From NCBI RefSeq assembly GCF_009914755.1, contig NC_060947.1: a stretch of DNA of 64,000 bases; one strand, 5' to 3'. This document shows, piece after piece, positions 1 to 14,862 of the stretch (positions within the stretch are counted from its first letter, which is position 1; each line of letters begins with the position of its first letter). Both the position numbers and the translations under genes were made by a program. Below the pieces are notes generated by a model. That model made no database searches. It had not been told where the DNA came from and worked only from the letters and a program-made list of their open reading frames with translations. The stretch is from the human T2T-CHM13v2.0 reference genome, Homo sapiens.

Positions 1-113
1 CCCAAGTCCCAGGAACCTTGACAGGGTGCTGCCCATGAGTGCCAATGTGGCATTCACCCATGTTAACAGGGGGCCTAGGGGGTGAGATTCTCCACTCTTA
101 CCCAGAAGCTGCC

Positions 114-1114
114 TGTAGGGTCCAGCCCCACAAGGCCGGTGGGTTTTCTCCCCGTGTGCGGAGACAACAGAGGTAGAAATAAAGACACAAGACAGAGAAA
201 AGAAAAGACAGCTGGGCCCGGGGGACCACTACCACCAAGACTTGGAGACCAGTAGTGGCCCCGAATGCCAGGCTGCGCTGATATTTATTGGATACAAAAC
301 AAAGGGGCAGGGTAAGGAGTGTGAGCCATCTCCAATGATAGGTAAGGTCACGTGGGTCACATGTCCACTGGACAGGGGGCCCTTCCCTGCCTGGCAGCCA
401 AGGCAGAGAGAGAGAGGGGAGAGAGAGAGACAGCTTACACCATTATTTCTGCTTATCAGAGGCTTTTAGTACTTTCACTAATTTGCTACTACTATCTAAA
501 AGGCAGAGCCAGGTGTACAGGATGGAACATGAAGGTGGACTAGGAGCGTGACCACTGAAGCCCAGCATCACAGGGAGACGGTTAGGCCTCCGGATAACTG
601 TGGGCAGGCCTGACATCAGTCAGGCTCTCCACAACAGGTGGAGGAGTAGAGTCTTCTCTAAACTCCCCCAGGAAAAGGGAGACTCCCTTTCCCGGTCTGC
701 TAAGTAGCGGGTGTTTTTCCTTGACACTGACGCTACCTCTAGACCACAGTGCACTTGGCAACGGGCATCTTCCCAGACGCTGGCATTACCGCTAGACCAA
801 GAAGCCCTCTGGTGGCCCTGTCCAGGCATAACAGAAGGCTCACACTCTTGTCTTCTGGTGACTTCTCACTATGTCCCCTCAGCTCTTATCTCTGTATGGC
901 CTGGTTTTTCCTAGGTTATGATTGTAGAGCGAGGATTATTATAATATTGGAATAAAGAGTAATTGCTACAAACTAATGATTAATCATATTCATATATAAT
1001 CATATCTAAGATCTATATCTAGTATAACTATTCTTATTTTATATATTTTATTATACTGGAACAGCTCGTGCCCTCGGTCTCTTGCATCGGCACCTGGGTG
1101 GCTTGCCTCCCACA
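114..1114 (-). mobile_element. Solo LTR13 (HERV-K13 type)
   Basis: TG...CA termini; perfect 6-bp TSD GCTGCC at 108-113 and 1115-1120; minus strand starts TGTGGGAGGCAAGCCACCCAGGTGCC, like the recalled LTR13 consensus. Confidence 0.85.
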
Positions 1115-1586
1115 GCTGCCTTTCCCCCTGCTCTCAGTAGCCTTTGAGTTCCCTAGACCTCATTTATGCCACGGATGCTAGCACCACCTCTATCCATAAA
1201 ACAGAAGTCTTCGCTTAATCGGCAGGAATTAGTCATGCTCACCCTCACCATGCCTTTTAATTTCCATTGTCATCTGCCTCTGGATTCCTCAGATCCAGTT
1301 TTCTATCTTAAGGCTTCAACCTGAAACTTGGAATTGAGTTTGGGATAAAAGAACTGCCTCAAGGAGATGCATGGACTCATCAAAGCCCAGGTACCCCTCA
1401 CCAGACTGGCTGCAGCCTCCTTATCATAAGCCAAATGCTAAGGTGAAGCTGTGGAATTGCATCCTTCTTAAACAAGGGAGGGAAAAAGGGTGTCCTTTGA
1501 ATTGGGGTACTAGCCTAACAAGACACCTTCAAAAAGGAAAAAAAACAAAAAACAAAAAAAAACCTCTTGCATAAAAGTTAACTCCT

Positions 1587-1964
<378 letters not shown>

Positions 1965-2541
1965 TTATTCTTATGCCAATGGATTTTTCCAACAGGGAGA
2001 GAAACTTTTAATTCCTGCTTCCTCCTTCCTGGCTCAACCAGGGGAGGAAATATTCCATGGCCGCCTGGCAGGAGGGGATGGTGAACAGGAAACGCTGGCT
2101 AGCCAGCCGCATGAGGCCTCTGGTCCCCAAGACTGCCCTGGGGCCCAGGCAGCAGCTGTGGCTCAGTCCTGCCATGCGTGGCCATTGTAGGCTGCACATA
2201 CATGCAGCACACACGGCCATGTGTCCCAGGGGGGAGGGAAGGGGAGGGGGAGCCACTGCTCGCCCACCCATCCCATGTAGCACATGCCTGCAGCTGTTGG
2301 GGTGGGGATGGAATGCCCCCAATGTTGTAAAAGAAAAGATGGGTGCCATTACAGCCCCCCAAAAAGAAGGAAATGCCATAGAAAAGACTGGGTTGGACTG
2401 AGGCTGACATTCCTGACCCCTGAGAGTGACAGGGTGTGGGGGGCAGTTTCCACTGCCTTCAGAAAAAGTCTAAGGATGAGAAGGCCCAGAAATGAAAGTG
2501 AAAGAGATTTTTGGTTTGCATCTTACTCACCCTCCCTCATG

Positions 2542-2559
2542 TCCCCATACAGGCCACAA
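2542..2559 (-). other. Primer-binding site, tRNA-Ile type
   Basis: TCCCCATACAGGCCACAA matches the tRNA-Ile(AAU) 3' end TCCCCGTACGGGCCACCA at 15/18 positions (two mismatches are CpG decay); lies 3 nt from the LTR. Confidence 0.7.
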
Positions 2560-2562
2560 AAA

Positions 2563-2930
2563 TGATGCAAGATTTTTTGCTCCTTAGTTCAGCTAAATCT
2601 GGGTTCTTGTCTCACAACCAGGAAAAATTAGGCACACGGACACATTGAACCAGGCCACCACATATGAGATGAAGAGGCCAGGCTCCTCCCCTGCATAAGG
2701 TGCAAATTTCTGGTGGTTCCACCCCATTCTCCCAGTGCGCATGTGGGCCCTTATTCTGAGCCTCTCCACATTGATTTATTTTCCTTACCGCACATGTGTT
2801 GAAGGACAGAATTTTTCACTGTGGGCATGTTTTGGCAAGCAGCCTGTACACAATCACCTGGGCAGGCTACAGGTTCTCCAAGGATCTTTCCCTCTCTGCC
2901 TAGGCATTTGGCTATCTCCTGCCTCCATCA
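2563..2930 (-). mobile_element. MER61-family 5' LTR (ERV1)
   Basis: TGA...TCA termini; minus strand reads TGATGGAGGCAGGAG...CTAAGGAGCAAAAAATCTTGCATCA, like MER61; adjacent PBS. Confidence 0.75.
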
Positions 2931-3034
2931 ATATCAACATACCATTCTGTAGGTGGAAGTGCAGTTTGTTTGTAATATGACCCTGTTTCTCTCTGGATAA
3001 TTCCACAGCCTTTTAAAAATTCTCAGGTAAGAGT

Positions 3035-3577
3035 TGAAAGAAACCAAAATATTTCACCCCAAAACACAGTTTCCTGATACAATGAGTATTTTTTGAATTA
3101 AAGACCCTTAGTGATCAACAAACACTAGGAGAGATTTTTCTCCTATCTATGTAAAGATCTTAAGGAACCACAAAGAAGTACATTTGTTTTTGATTTCCCT
3201 GCCTGTTATTATCTACTTCAGAAAAGAAAACTGAAGACTGTAACCACACCTGAATGGACCCTTTCACAAGATAATGTCTGTCTCTCATGCTCATTCAATT
3301 TCCAAAGATACTCATTTTCAAGTTAATCTCTCTTTCCTGCTCTATTCATTCTCCCTAGGAATCATTAGCCCGCAAAAACACCTATATTCCCCATCTTCCC
3401 TCTCCCCTCTGAAAAAAGACTATATAAGCTTCTGTATCTCATTGAGGGTTGAGATAATCACTCTGTGATTCTCCCCTGTGCACATTAATAAGTTTGTTTG
3501 CCATTTTTCTTATTAATCTGCCTTTTGTCTGAGGAAACCTCAGACGGTGAAGGGCAAGTTTTCCCTTGTCACCTACA
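3035..3577 (+). mobile_element. Solo ERV1 LTR, MER34-like
   Basis: TG...CA termini; 4-bp TSD GAGT at 3031-3034 and 3578-3581; begins TGAAAGAAACCAAAATATTTCACCCC. Confidence 0.7.
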
Positions 3578-3793
3578 GAGTCAAACACTGGAGCACTCTG
3601 TCCCCCAAACTCCAAGGAGCACATTGCAAAATCTCCGGCTAGTTTTCTCAAAGCACCTCTCACTAGACTAGCAATGAAAAGCACCATTGTCCCTACCCCC
3701 TTTCAAGAGGTATGTGTAACCATGAGATAAGAGGAAGGTAGCAGAGTACTACTGCAAACATCTACAAATAAGTTCTTCCTTTGCCTAACTTCA

Positions 3794-4088
3794 TTTCTTT
3801 TTTTTATTTGAGACAGAGTCATGCTCTGTCTCCCAGGCTAAAGTGCAGTGGTGCAATTTCAACTCACTGCAACCTCCACCTCTGGGTTAATGATTCTCCT
3901 GCCTCAGCCTCCTGAATAGCTGCGATTACAGGAGCATGCCACTATGCCAGGCTAATTTTTGTATTTTTAGTAGTGACGGGGTTTCACCATATTGGCCAGC
4001 CTGGTATCAAACTCCTGACCTCAAGTGATCCACTGGCCTCAGCCTCCAAAAGTGCTGGGATTACAGGTGTGAGCCACAGCACTTGGCC
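3794..4088 (-). mobile_element. Alu (AluS)
   Basis: Antisense Alu; TSD CCTAACTTCA. Confidence 0.95.
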
Positions 4089-4146
4089 ACCTAACTTCAA
4101 TTTAAATCTCATTGATAGTCTCAGGTGTAGGCTCAGGTTCACATAA

Positions 4147-4460
<314 letters not shown>

Positions 4461-4515
4461 ATATAACTTGTTCATATGATGTTTAGAAATGGACTGTGGC
4501 TTTAGCAAATATTAC

Positions 4516-5154
4516 TGTTACCAGAAGAAGGTCCTGATTCACACCTCAAGAGAGGGTTGTTGGACCTCATGCAAGAAAGAATTTGGGGTGAGTCCATACA
4601 GTAAAGTGAAAGCAAGTTTATTAGGAAAGTAAAGGAATAAAGAATGTTACTCCATAGGCAGAGCAGCAGCATGGGCTGCTTCACTGAGTATACTTACAGT
4701 TATTTATTGATTAAATGCTAAATAAGGGGTGGATTACTCATGAGTTTCCCAGGAAATGGTTGGGCAATTCCCAGAACTGAGGGTTCCTCCCCTTTTTAGA
4801 CTATGTAGCATAACTTCCTGACGTTGCCATGGCATTTGTAAAATTTCATGGCTCTGGTGGTCTGGTGGGAGTGTCTTTTAGCATGCATTATAATTTGCAT
4901 ATAATGAGCACTGAGGACCACCAGAGGTCATTTTTGTGGCCATCTTGTTTTTGTTGGGTTTCGGCTGGCTTCTTTTCCACATCCTGCTTTACCTATCAGC
5001 AAGGTCTTTGTGACTTGTATCTTGTGCTGACCTTGTATCTCACCCTGGGACTAAGAATGCCTAACCTCCTGGGAATGCAGCCCAGTGGGTCTCAGCCTTA
5101 TTTTACCCAGCCCCTATTCAAGATGGAGTCACTCTGGTTCAAATGCCTCTGACG
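4516..5154 (-). mobile_element. Solo LTR MER41 (MER41B-like)
   Basis: Ends ...CCCCTATTCAAGATGGAGTCACTCTGGTTCAAATGCCTCTGAC, the reverse complement of the MER41 start; about 640 bp; TTAC/TTAT flanks. Confidence 0.85.
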
Positions 5155-5173
5155 TTATTATGTTTTGTTTTCC

Positions 5174-5307
5174 CTTTTTTATCTTTTTGTAGAGGTGGGG
5201 TCGCCCGATGTTGCTCAGGCTGATCTTGAACTCCTGGTTGCAAGTGATCCTCCTGCCTCAACTTCCCAAAGTTCTGTGACTATAGGTGTGAGCCACCACA
5301 CACTGCC
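5174..5307 (-). mobile_element. Alu left monomer / FLAM
   Basis: Single diverged antisense left arm. Confidence 0.8.
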
Positions 5308-5747
5308 ATATAACTTGTTTATATGATATGCATAAATGGACTGGTGCCTCACTTCAGCAAATATTGTTACGTTTTGTTTTCCAATAGTGGAACCTTAGCT
5401 GAAACTGAGGGAAAATGATGTTACATATTTATGTACTATGCTGTAATGTGTAATTCTAGTTACCAGCCAATGGACACTTGAGTTGCTTCCAGATTTTGCT
5501 ACTCTAAACAACAGTGCAATAAACATCGAGGTACATTTGTCTCCTCAAAATTTTTTAATATGTTAGTAGGAAAAATTCCAGGAAGATAATATATGGATCA
5601 AAGGTTAAGTGTTTATTTCTATGCATACTTAGAAATTGCAGTAGAATAGTATAAAAGTACCCAACTTTTATTCCATCACCATATTTCATCAAGGTTTTAA
5701 ATCTTTACCCATAAGTGCAGAATAACATCTCATTACTTTAATTTGTA

Positions 5748-6046
5748 CTTTTTTTTTTTTTTTTTGGAGACAGAGTCTCACTCTGTTGCCCAGGCTGGAG
5801 TTCAGCAGCATGATCTTGGCTCACTATAACCTTCGCCTCCTGGGTTCAAGCAGTTCTCCTGCTTCAGCCTCCTGAGTAGCTGGGATTACAGGTGCACACC
5901 ACCATGCCCAGCTAATTTTTGTATTTTCATTAGAGACGGGGTTTCACCATGTTGGTCAGGCTGGTCTCGAACTCCTGACCTTATGATCCACCCGCCTCAG
6001 CCTCCCAAAGTGCTGGGATTATAGGCATGAGCCACCACGCCCGGCT
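5748..6046 (-). mobile_element. Alu (AluS)
   Basis: Antisense Alu; TSD TTAATTTGTA. Confidence 0.95.
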
Positions 6047-6073
6047 TAATTTGTATTTTTAATTGTTACATCA

Positions 6074-6540
6074 TGTATTAGTTTTCTATGGATGCTGTTA
6101 CAAATCACCACAAACTGGGTGGTATAAAACAATAGCAAAAAATTCTTTTTGGATTTCTATAGACCAAAAGTTCAATAGTCAGTATCACTGGGTGGAAATC
6201 AAGATGTCGATAGGGCCATACTCCCTCCAGAGGCCCCAGGGAACAATCTGTTTCTTGCCTCTTTCAGGTTTTTGTGGCTGCTGGCAGTCCTTGGCTGTGG
6301 CCACAACATTTCATTCTTCAGGGCTAGAATTTCAAATCTCTGTTCGCTCCATCTTCACATTATCTTCTCCCTTGAGTGTGTATCAAATCTACCTCTGACT
6401 TCATCTTATAAGGATACATGTGATTTCATAAAGGGCCCATCCACATAATCCAGGGTAATATTCTCTTCTCAAGATTCTTAATTTAATCACACCTGCAAAG
6501 ACTTTGACATTTCAAGAAACATTCACAGGCTCCCGGGATT

Positions 6541-6624
<84 letters not shown>

Positions 6625-6655
6625 TTTTAGGGAATATATTTTTCAGCCTGTCACA
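6074..6655 (-). mobile_element. MLT1 MaLR LTR containing a (TA)n/poly(T) microsatellite
   Basis: TGTATTAGTTTTCTAT...CACA MaLR pattern; (TA)n at about 6546-6607. Confidence 0.75.
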
Positions 6656-6887
6656 GAGGCAAACTGCTTTGCTAAGAATTGGGAACTGAATTTCCTATTA
6701 GAAATTTAGAATACTTCTCAAGGAAGATGAGGGAGAATGGATGAGACAAAAAGTAAATATCTACTAATATGGCTATATTATGAATTTGCTATGGGTACAT
6801 TTATATAAATCCATGGAACACCAAAGTCATGTACATCAAACTGATAAGGATGGATGCTGAGCAAAATGTAGGGATGATAGTTCTTAG

Positions 6888-7265
<378 letters not shown>

Positions 7266-8324
7266 TAAGAAGGTTATATTTATATCTTAAGTATCATCGT
7301 ATAATTTCCAAAGAGAGACAGGAAGAAAAAAAGCAAAGAAAAATGTGCCAATTCTTTTACATCTGAGTTGAATACTTTGCACTAATAAAAATAGAAGTTA
7401 CTATAAATCTTTGTTTACAATCTAATTTCAGGGTACCAATATGGGGTTATATCTCCGTATAGCCTAATATAATATTTTATGTGAGAAATAAAAATGAAAC
7501 TGCACTAGTCGTTAAGTATAGAAAAGAAACTGTTACAATGTCAGATTAACTAAGTAGATAATATTAATCAACCTCCCAGTGTTATTTTAACATTCTGTAA
7601 TTTTATCTACATTCTTATTTGTAGCATTAGCATTGCCTTATAGATAAGTACACTGAGACTCAAACAGGTTATATGAATGATCTAAAAGCCTAATAGGTAG
7701 AAAATCCTTCAATAATGACACAAAGCCATTCCAAATCCATGTCTCATACACTTTTCCCAATGTATAAAATATTAGTGAAGATATATAAAACCAATTAAAA
7801 ATGTATTTATCAAAAGGAAGCTGATGTATTTTCAAAACTCTATCATAGTGTGATTTCTCGCATAATATGTAATCTATTATACATTTAAACATCATAATGT
7901 TTAGTATCAATAGAAATTATACAAAATTTAATTACTTTTAAGGAGTAATCCTCAAAACTGAGAAAGAAATATGAATAGCTTTTCACAGGATATTTTATTT
8001 AAGGAATGAAATAAATCTGCAATTCTTTATATTTCACAATCTTTGGAAATACACCAAAATACTGTATGTTCTCCACTGTCAAATGTGATAGATCAAAACA
8101 GTCTTTGGATTTTGTAGAGTATCTTTGAAAATGTGTATGGCAGAAACATTTCAATATTATTGAATAGCTTTACAGGCTTCTCAGCCCATTCATATGTCTT
8201 TCTTTTCCAGACAGTTGCCTTAGTAACTGTCCAACAGAAGTAGTTTTCTGCAGTTTTCTCTAAATAGTACCCACATAATTGCTCAATTTAGTCATTGCAG
8301 TAGGGCAGGAAATAATGTATCTCA

Positions 8325-9085
<761 letters not shown>

Positions 9086-10675
9086 ACAGCTAAACATGTC
9101 AGATATATTAAAACAGCAATCATATCCAATACTGTAGAGGAATGATGAATATATTTTTCTTTATTATCCAAGAGAAGAATAGACTTATTAATTAAATTTA
9201 GTCCATGTAAGATGAAGTGTACATGTTACAATTTAAAGGTAACTAACTACTAGATTAGAATAGGAAGAATAACTTCCAAAGCAATAAAGAGCAAAAGGAA
9301 AGCAAACAGTCAATTCAATAGAAAGTTAGAAACATGAATTGATGCATGTCTAGTGGCTAGGATTCTCAGTCGTGCAAGATATTTAATTTTAAGTTTTATA
9401 AAATTGGACATAATTTCTATTTCACACCACCATTCTTCAATGGGGCTGAAACTTAGTCTCGGTAAATTAAGTAAACCCCTATTCCCAGCATTTTTCTCAA
9501 ATTAGCAACTAAACTCTAGCATGAGGGATATATGAAGAGAAATGGTGAAATGTACTTCCATTGTTATTATTAAAGTATCCCACCATACATATAAGGTACT
9601 ATGCTTGGGATGTAATGAAAGTTAGCTATTTTACCTATGTTGGCTTCAGAGGCTTAAAATTTCATCAGCTACCTCTTTGTAGTGTACTGAGAATAGTTTG
9701 CAAAGTACTGTTTTTGTGAAGGGGAATTCAAGCAGTGTTAGCTTAACATGACCTTTGGAAGCACAAGTAAAGCAGAAAGAGGGACACCTACTATTTATGT
9801 GCTTAGATTGTTCATAGACCTTATATTGATTTCATATTGCTACCTTATTATTAATAAATACATATGGTAGGTGCATATAATGCTTTAAACATTTAATGTA
9901 CTTTCACTATAGATTTTGAGACACAATATATGCTGGGGAAAGAACTCAGTCTACGGAGTCAGAAAAACTTATATCTGAATACTCCCACTAGTAGTAGTTA
10001 CGTATGTCTGGGCACACACTTCTTTGTGCCTCTGCTTGTCATATTATATGTTGTGTTAGTCAAGGTTTTCTGGGAAACAATCATCATGTGAGAATTTAGC
10101 ATACAAGGACTTTGTCAGGGAGGATATCAGTGAGAGGCAACAGGGAGCGAGGTAGAGGAGGCTGAGAGAGTCATCAGGTCAGGATGCATTCTGACTCCAA
10201 GAGGAAGGAATGAAGTTATGATGGAAATACCCTAAATCACTGTGTAGTCTAAAAGGAGTTCAGGAAGAACTTCAGAAAGCCCTCAATCTAAAACATCCAG
10301 TCAGGGAAGCCCTTCAACTCCCAGGAATGTGCCTGCTGTAGTACTCCTGCCATGCTAATCACTGGATGGGAGCAGCCTCTAGGAAGCATGATTTGGGAGG
10401 AAATAAGGCAATGACTTCAGAGCACAGTGCTTGGGGTCCTTAGTCAATTATACTTCCTCTCTAAAAGGCACATTGTCATGGCCACCATATCTACCTTGCA
10501 CGTTTATTGTGAAATTAGTAGTAATGTAGGAAAATCACCTAGGACAATGTGCTTGACATACAATGCATGCTCAATAAAGAATGGCTATTGTCATATCTCA
10601 TTTGTGAACACTTTATCATAATTATTCTGTGGTATTCATAGGATATATACTCTTAACTTCTTCCTACCAGGTGTT

Positions 10676-11065
10676 TGTATTAGTTTGCTAGGGCTGCCAT
10701 AACAAATTATCACACACTGGTAGCTTAAACAACAGAGATTTATTTTTCTCACCATTCTGAAGGATAGAAGTCCCAGATCAAGGTGTCATCAGAGTTACTC
10801 TCTTCTGAGGCCTCTCTCCTTGGCTTGTTGATGGCCACCTCCTCCCTGTGTCTTTGTATGTCCCTTCCCTTCTATGTGTCTGTGTCCTAATTTCCTCTTC
10901 TTCTAAATATATCAGTCATATTGGACTAGGGCCCACACATATGACCTCATCTTATCTCAATTACCTCTTTAAACGCTCTACCTCCACAAACAGTCACATT
11001 CTGAGGTATAAGGGGGTTAAGCCTTCAACAAATGAATTTTATCAGGACACAATTTAGCCATAACA
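10676..11065 (-). mobile_element. MLT1A-like MaLR LTR
   Basis: TGTATTAGTTTGCTAGGGCTGCC...CATAACA; perfect TSD GTGTT. Confidence 0.85.
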
Positions 11066-11344
11066 GTGTTATTTGCCATACTTTACTAATAAGAAAGCTG
11101 ATAATCACAGGTGTCAAATAATACGTCTCAGTCACTCTTTTAATGAAAGGCAGGATCAGGATCTCTATATTCCTAAGCAAGTTTCATTTTCTTTTAATAA
11201 AAGTGCATTATGAACCTGGCCTTTGTGTGTACTTGGCCCTTGCAAGTAGAGGGAAAAGAGGTAAGTTGACTCAGGCTAGTGGAATTGGACCCAACACCCA
11301 CATAGTAAGAAAAGCTCGTAAGTAGAGCTCCACACATTTTTAAT

Positions 11345-11556
11345 CAGTGGTTCACAATTGAGGATGATTTTTGCCCTCTCAAGAAATATTTAACATCTTC
11401 TAGATACATTTTTGGTTGTCACTACTGAGGCTGTGCTGCTAGCATCTAGTGAGTAGAGGTCATAGATGCTGCTAAATATCCTACAATGCATAGGACAGTC
11501 CCCACAACTAATTATCTAGGATAAAATATCAATACTGGTAAATTTAAGAAACTCTA
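11345..11556 (+). mobile_element. MER20 hAT DNA transposon
   Basis: CAGTGGTTC start; GCATCTAGTGAGTAGAGG and GATGCTGCTAAATATCCTACAATGCATAGGACAG motifs. Confidence 0.8.
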
Positions 11557-11619
11557 GGTCAGAGTAAGACAACTTGCTCATTGAATGTGGCTGTCCTCAG
11601 AAAGAGATCACCTTCTTTT

Positions 11620-12131
11620 TTTTTTATTATACTTTAAGTTTTAGGGTACGTGTACACAATGTGCAGGTTTGTTACATATGTATACATGTGCCATGTTGGT
11701 GTGCTGCACCCATCAACTCGTCATTTAACATTAGGTATATCTCCTAATGCTATCCCTCCTCCCTCCCCCCACCCCACAACAGGCCCCGGTGTGTGATGTT
11801 CCCCTTCCTGTGTCCATGTGTTCTCATTTTTCAATTCCCACCTATGAGTGAGAACATGCAGTGTTTGGTTTTTTGTCCTTGGGTATATACGTAAAGGATT
11901 ATAAATCATGCTGCTATAAAGACACATGCACACGTATGTTTATTGCGGCACTATTCACAATAGCAAAGACTTGGAACCAAGCCAAATGTCCAACAATGAT
12001 AGACTGGATTAAGAAAATGTGGCACATATACACCATAGAATACTATGCAGCCATAAAAAATGATGAGTTCATGTCCTTTGTAGGGATATGGATGAAGCTG
12101 GAAACTATAATTCTCAGCAAACTATCGCAAG
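11620..12131 (-). mobile_element. 5'-truncated, 5'-inverted L1PA (L1PA3/4-like)
   Basis: Antisense L1 3' UTR to about 11881, then a sense ORF2 C-terminal segment; 16-bp TSD GAGATCACCTTCTTTT at 11604-11619 and 12132-12147. Confidence 0.92.
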
Positions 12132-14611
12132 GAGATCACCTTCTTTTAGCCATCTACTGGCTATGGTTTAGTACTGAAGGTGTGGGAAATTATATAGACT
12201 TATTTTGAAAATTTGGAATTCTGTCCTGACCATTCCTGGACATGAGCACATTTCTTTTCCCAGGCCAACCTTATTCGTATACCTGTGGGGAGCAACCTAG
12301 CAAAAATGGGACCTATGAGATTCAAACTTAATTCTAGTTACCTTTTATAAAAATGTCCTTGTCCCTCTTGCACCTGATCCTTCTAGATGAAAGGTTTGGG
12401 TGAGTGTAGGATATGATTGAAAAAAAGACCAAAGTTATAGTTACTGGAATGGGAGAATCAGGTATTGTGGAGACAGAGGAAGAGCAACAACCTAGTACTT
12501 GGGATTGTACAGGAGAAGGACGGGCATTAATGATCTTCATTTATCAGGACTGCCTCAGGAGCCTTCCTCCCCAAGGAAAACATTCTGGTGCAGCTTTCCC
12601 AAACAGTTGCAAGGACCTTCAATTTAACTGACTGCTGGGCTGGCCACTTGCAACCAGGTAAGTCTAACCACCTTTCCCCTTTACCTTATAGAGAGGTCTG
12701 TCAGAAGCAACAGGAGATGATCCCAGCTCCTGCACACACACACACACGTGCACGCCTTGATGTCAACCTCACCTTCAGTCTCAGTCATTCCTTGGAATAG
12801 ACTAATGTCATGTCCCCAAGCTGAGCATGGACAAACAAGCATATTGGGTTGACTGCACTTTAATAAATCTCCCAAACAAGGACTAGCCTCAATTATTTTA
12901 ACTGAACTGGGAACCTTAAGGTTTAGCTGCTAGCATTCTCAACTTGCTTTCCTTGGACAGGGCCGCCCTACCAATTGTAAAAACTTTCTTTTCAAGGGCA
13001 CCATTTATACTCTCAGACTGTACTTCTCAGGTAAGAGCCAGGCATTAATGTGGCTCTTTCCTGAAAACACTGTGACTTGTTCTTTAAGGGTGGTAAACTT
13101 TCAGCATTTTTGACCTTCCAACACCTTAAAGAAAAGGGCTTAACTCTGAGGCAACATCCATATCAGGGCCCTCAGCTTTGTTATTTCATTTGCTTTAGGG
13201 AAAGGACATTTGGTCTGTTATCTAGGTATACATTCTAGTTGACTGCTCTGCTTGCTGGGGTGAAGCATGGAGGGAATAAGGCTTAGTGACTCTTGTCACT
13301 TTTACAAATGTTCAATTCCCTCCCCACTTCTGCTCCTACTCCTCTAATTTCAATTTCACTCTTCACTCCTGTCATCTAGCACCCATTCCTTGGTTAACAT
13401 GCCAGACATCACTCTACCCAAGTGTCTTCATTGCTATATGAGAGTTTATTTTTCTTTCTGCATTTATGTTTTTATTTCAGTTTTGTCTCAGCAGGGCACA
13501 ATACATACACAGACTTATCCTCCAACCAGGACTGACTCTTTAATTTTTAATTTGTTATGTTGCTGTCAATTTCATCCAGAATATAAGATTATTAATTTAT
13601 GAGCATAACTTGTGATATAAGTGGTTATAGCTGGCTTTATCCCTCATCTTCTTAGAAATAATTATACTACTGCTGCGGCTGCTAATGATTTTTAACAGCT
13701 ATTTCTTGAGTGCTAAACATGTTCCAGGTAATTTACATATAGTTTCTAATTTTTAAAACAAGATGGAGAACTTGTAGCTAGAGGAGAAAATAAGTAAATT
13801 GTCTAAGGTCACAGAACTGGTAAGCATCAGGGCTTGCATTATCATCAAGGGCTGTCTGAATATGAGGCTTTTGCTTTATCTTTTATATCACCCTCTCCCT
13901 TTTTGTTGTTTAGAAAGTCATTAAACCATTAAAGTTACTAGAAGTCATGTGTTCAAAGCTAAAACCTTGATGAGTCCAGAACACCTCTTCAAAAATGCTC
14001 ACCTGGATTTTATGGTAAATACAGGACTGGTTTCAAAGTGTTTCTTCTTTTCATATCATCAATAACCTACTTAAAGTTCCTTTTGAAGTTACTTCTAGAA
14101 AATTTAAAGATGAAATTAAACTTTCTTGACATGGTATCTTCTCACTCACCATGGTTAGAGAGACTGAACATTTTGGTTAATTTTTCATTAACTGTGTAGA
14201 CAGTAAGGATTGCTCTTCTGCATTTTGTTGCCCTCTTAAATGTTCCCTTAATAGCAGGTTATGCCATCTAACGGCCAATTTGCTTATGCACCATTTTGCT
14301 TGTCATGTTGGTTTCCCTAACATTAAGTAGCTAAGACTAGACAAGGGCTCATAGAGGTTACACAGCTCCATAGAATGCCTGTCCTTTTCTCTTTCTTTTC
14401 TTCTTCTTTTTTCAAAAACATTTTATTCATTTTTCCATCCCATTATATTTATGTCCTCCTTCATCTTTCCTTACAAACTCACTGGGAAAAAGAGAGCAAA
14501 AAATGCAAATATTCTCTTTTTTTCCCCTACAGTGTCAATTTTTTAAATGGCACATTAAAACTAGCTGATAGGAGAAGAATAAACAGAAATAACATCAAAA
14601 CAGAAATTTTC

Positions 14612-14862
14612 CTGAGGTGAGAGGATCACTTGAGGCCAGGAATTTGAGGACCAGCTGGGCAACATATTAAGACCCTATCTCTACAAAAAATTTAAAAATT
14701 ACCTAGGCACAGTGGCACATGCCTGTCGTCCCAGGTACTCAGGAGGCTGAGGCGAGAGAATCACTTGAGCCCAGGAGTTTGAGGTTGCAGTGAACTATGA
14801 TCATGCCACTGCACTCTAGCCTGGGCAAAAGAGCAAGACTCTGTCTCAAAGACAAACAAAAA
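14612..14862 (+). mobile_element. 5'-truncated AluJ
   Basis: Starts mid left arm; ACAGAAATTTT direct repeats flank it. Confidence 0.88.

Noticed and set aside
9348-9365. GTCTAGTGGCTAGGATTC, similar to a tRNA-Glu D-arm
   Set aside because: Only 18 nt, with no cloverleaf, B box or TSD.
11861-12208. 115-aa ORF
   Set aside because: Fragment of the L1 ORF2 C-terminus inside the inverted L1.
12650-14540. Isolated plus-strand splice motifs (CAG|GTAAGT at 12658, CAG|GTAAGA at 13031, acceptor at about 14532)
   Set aside because: No convincing acceptor-donor pairing; expected by chance.
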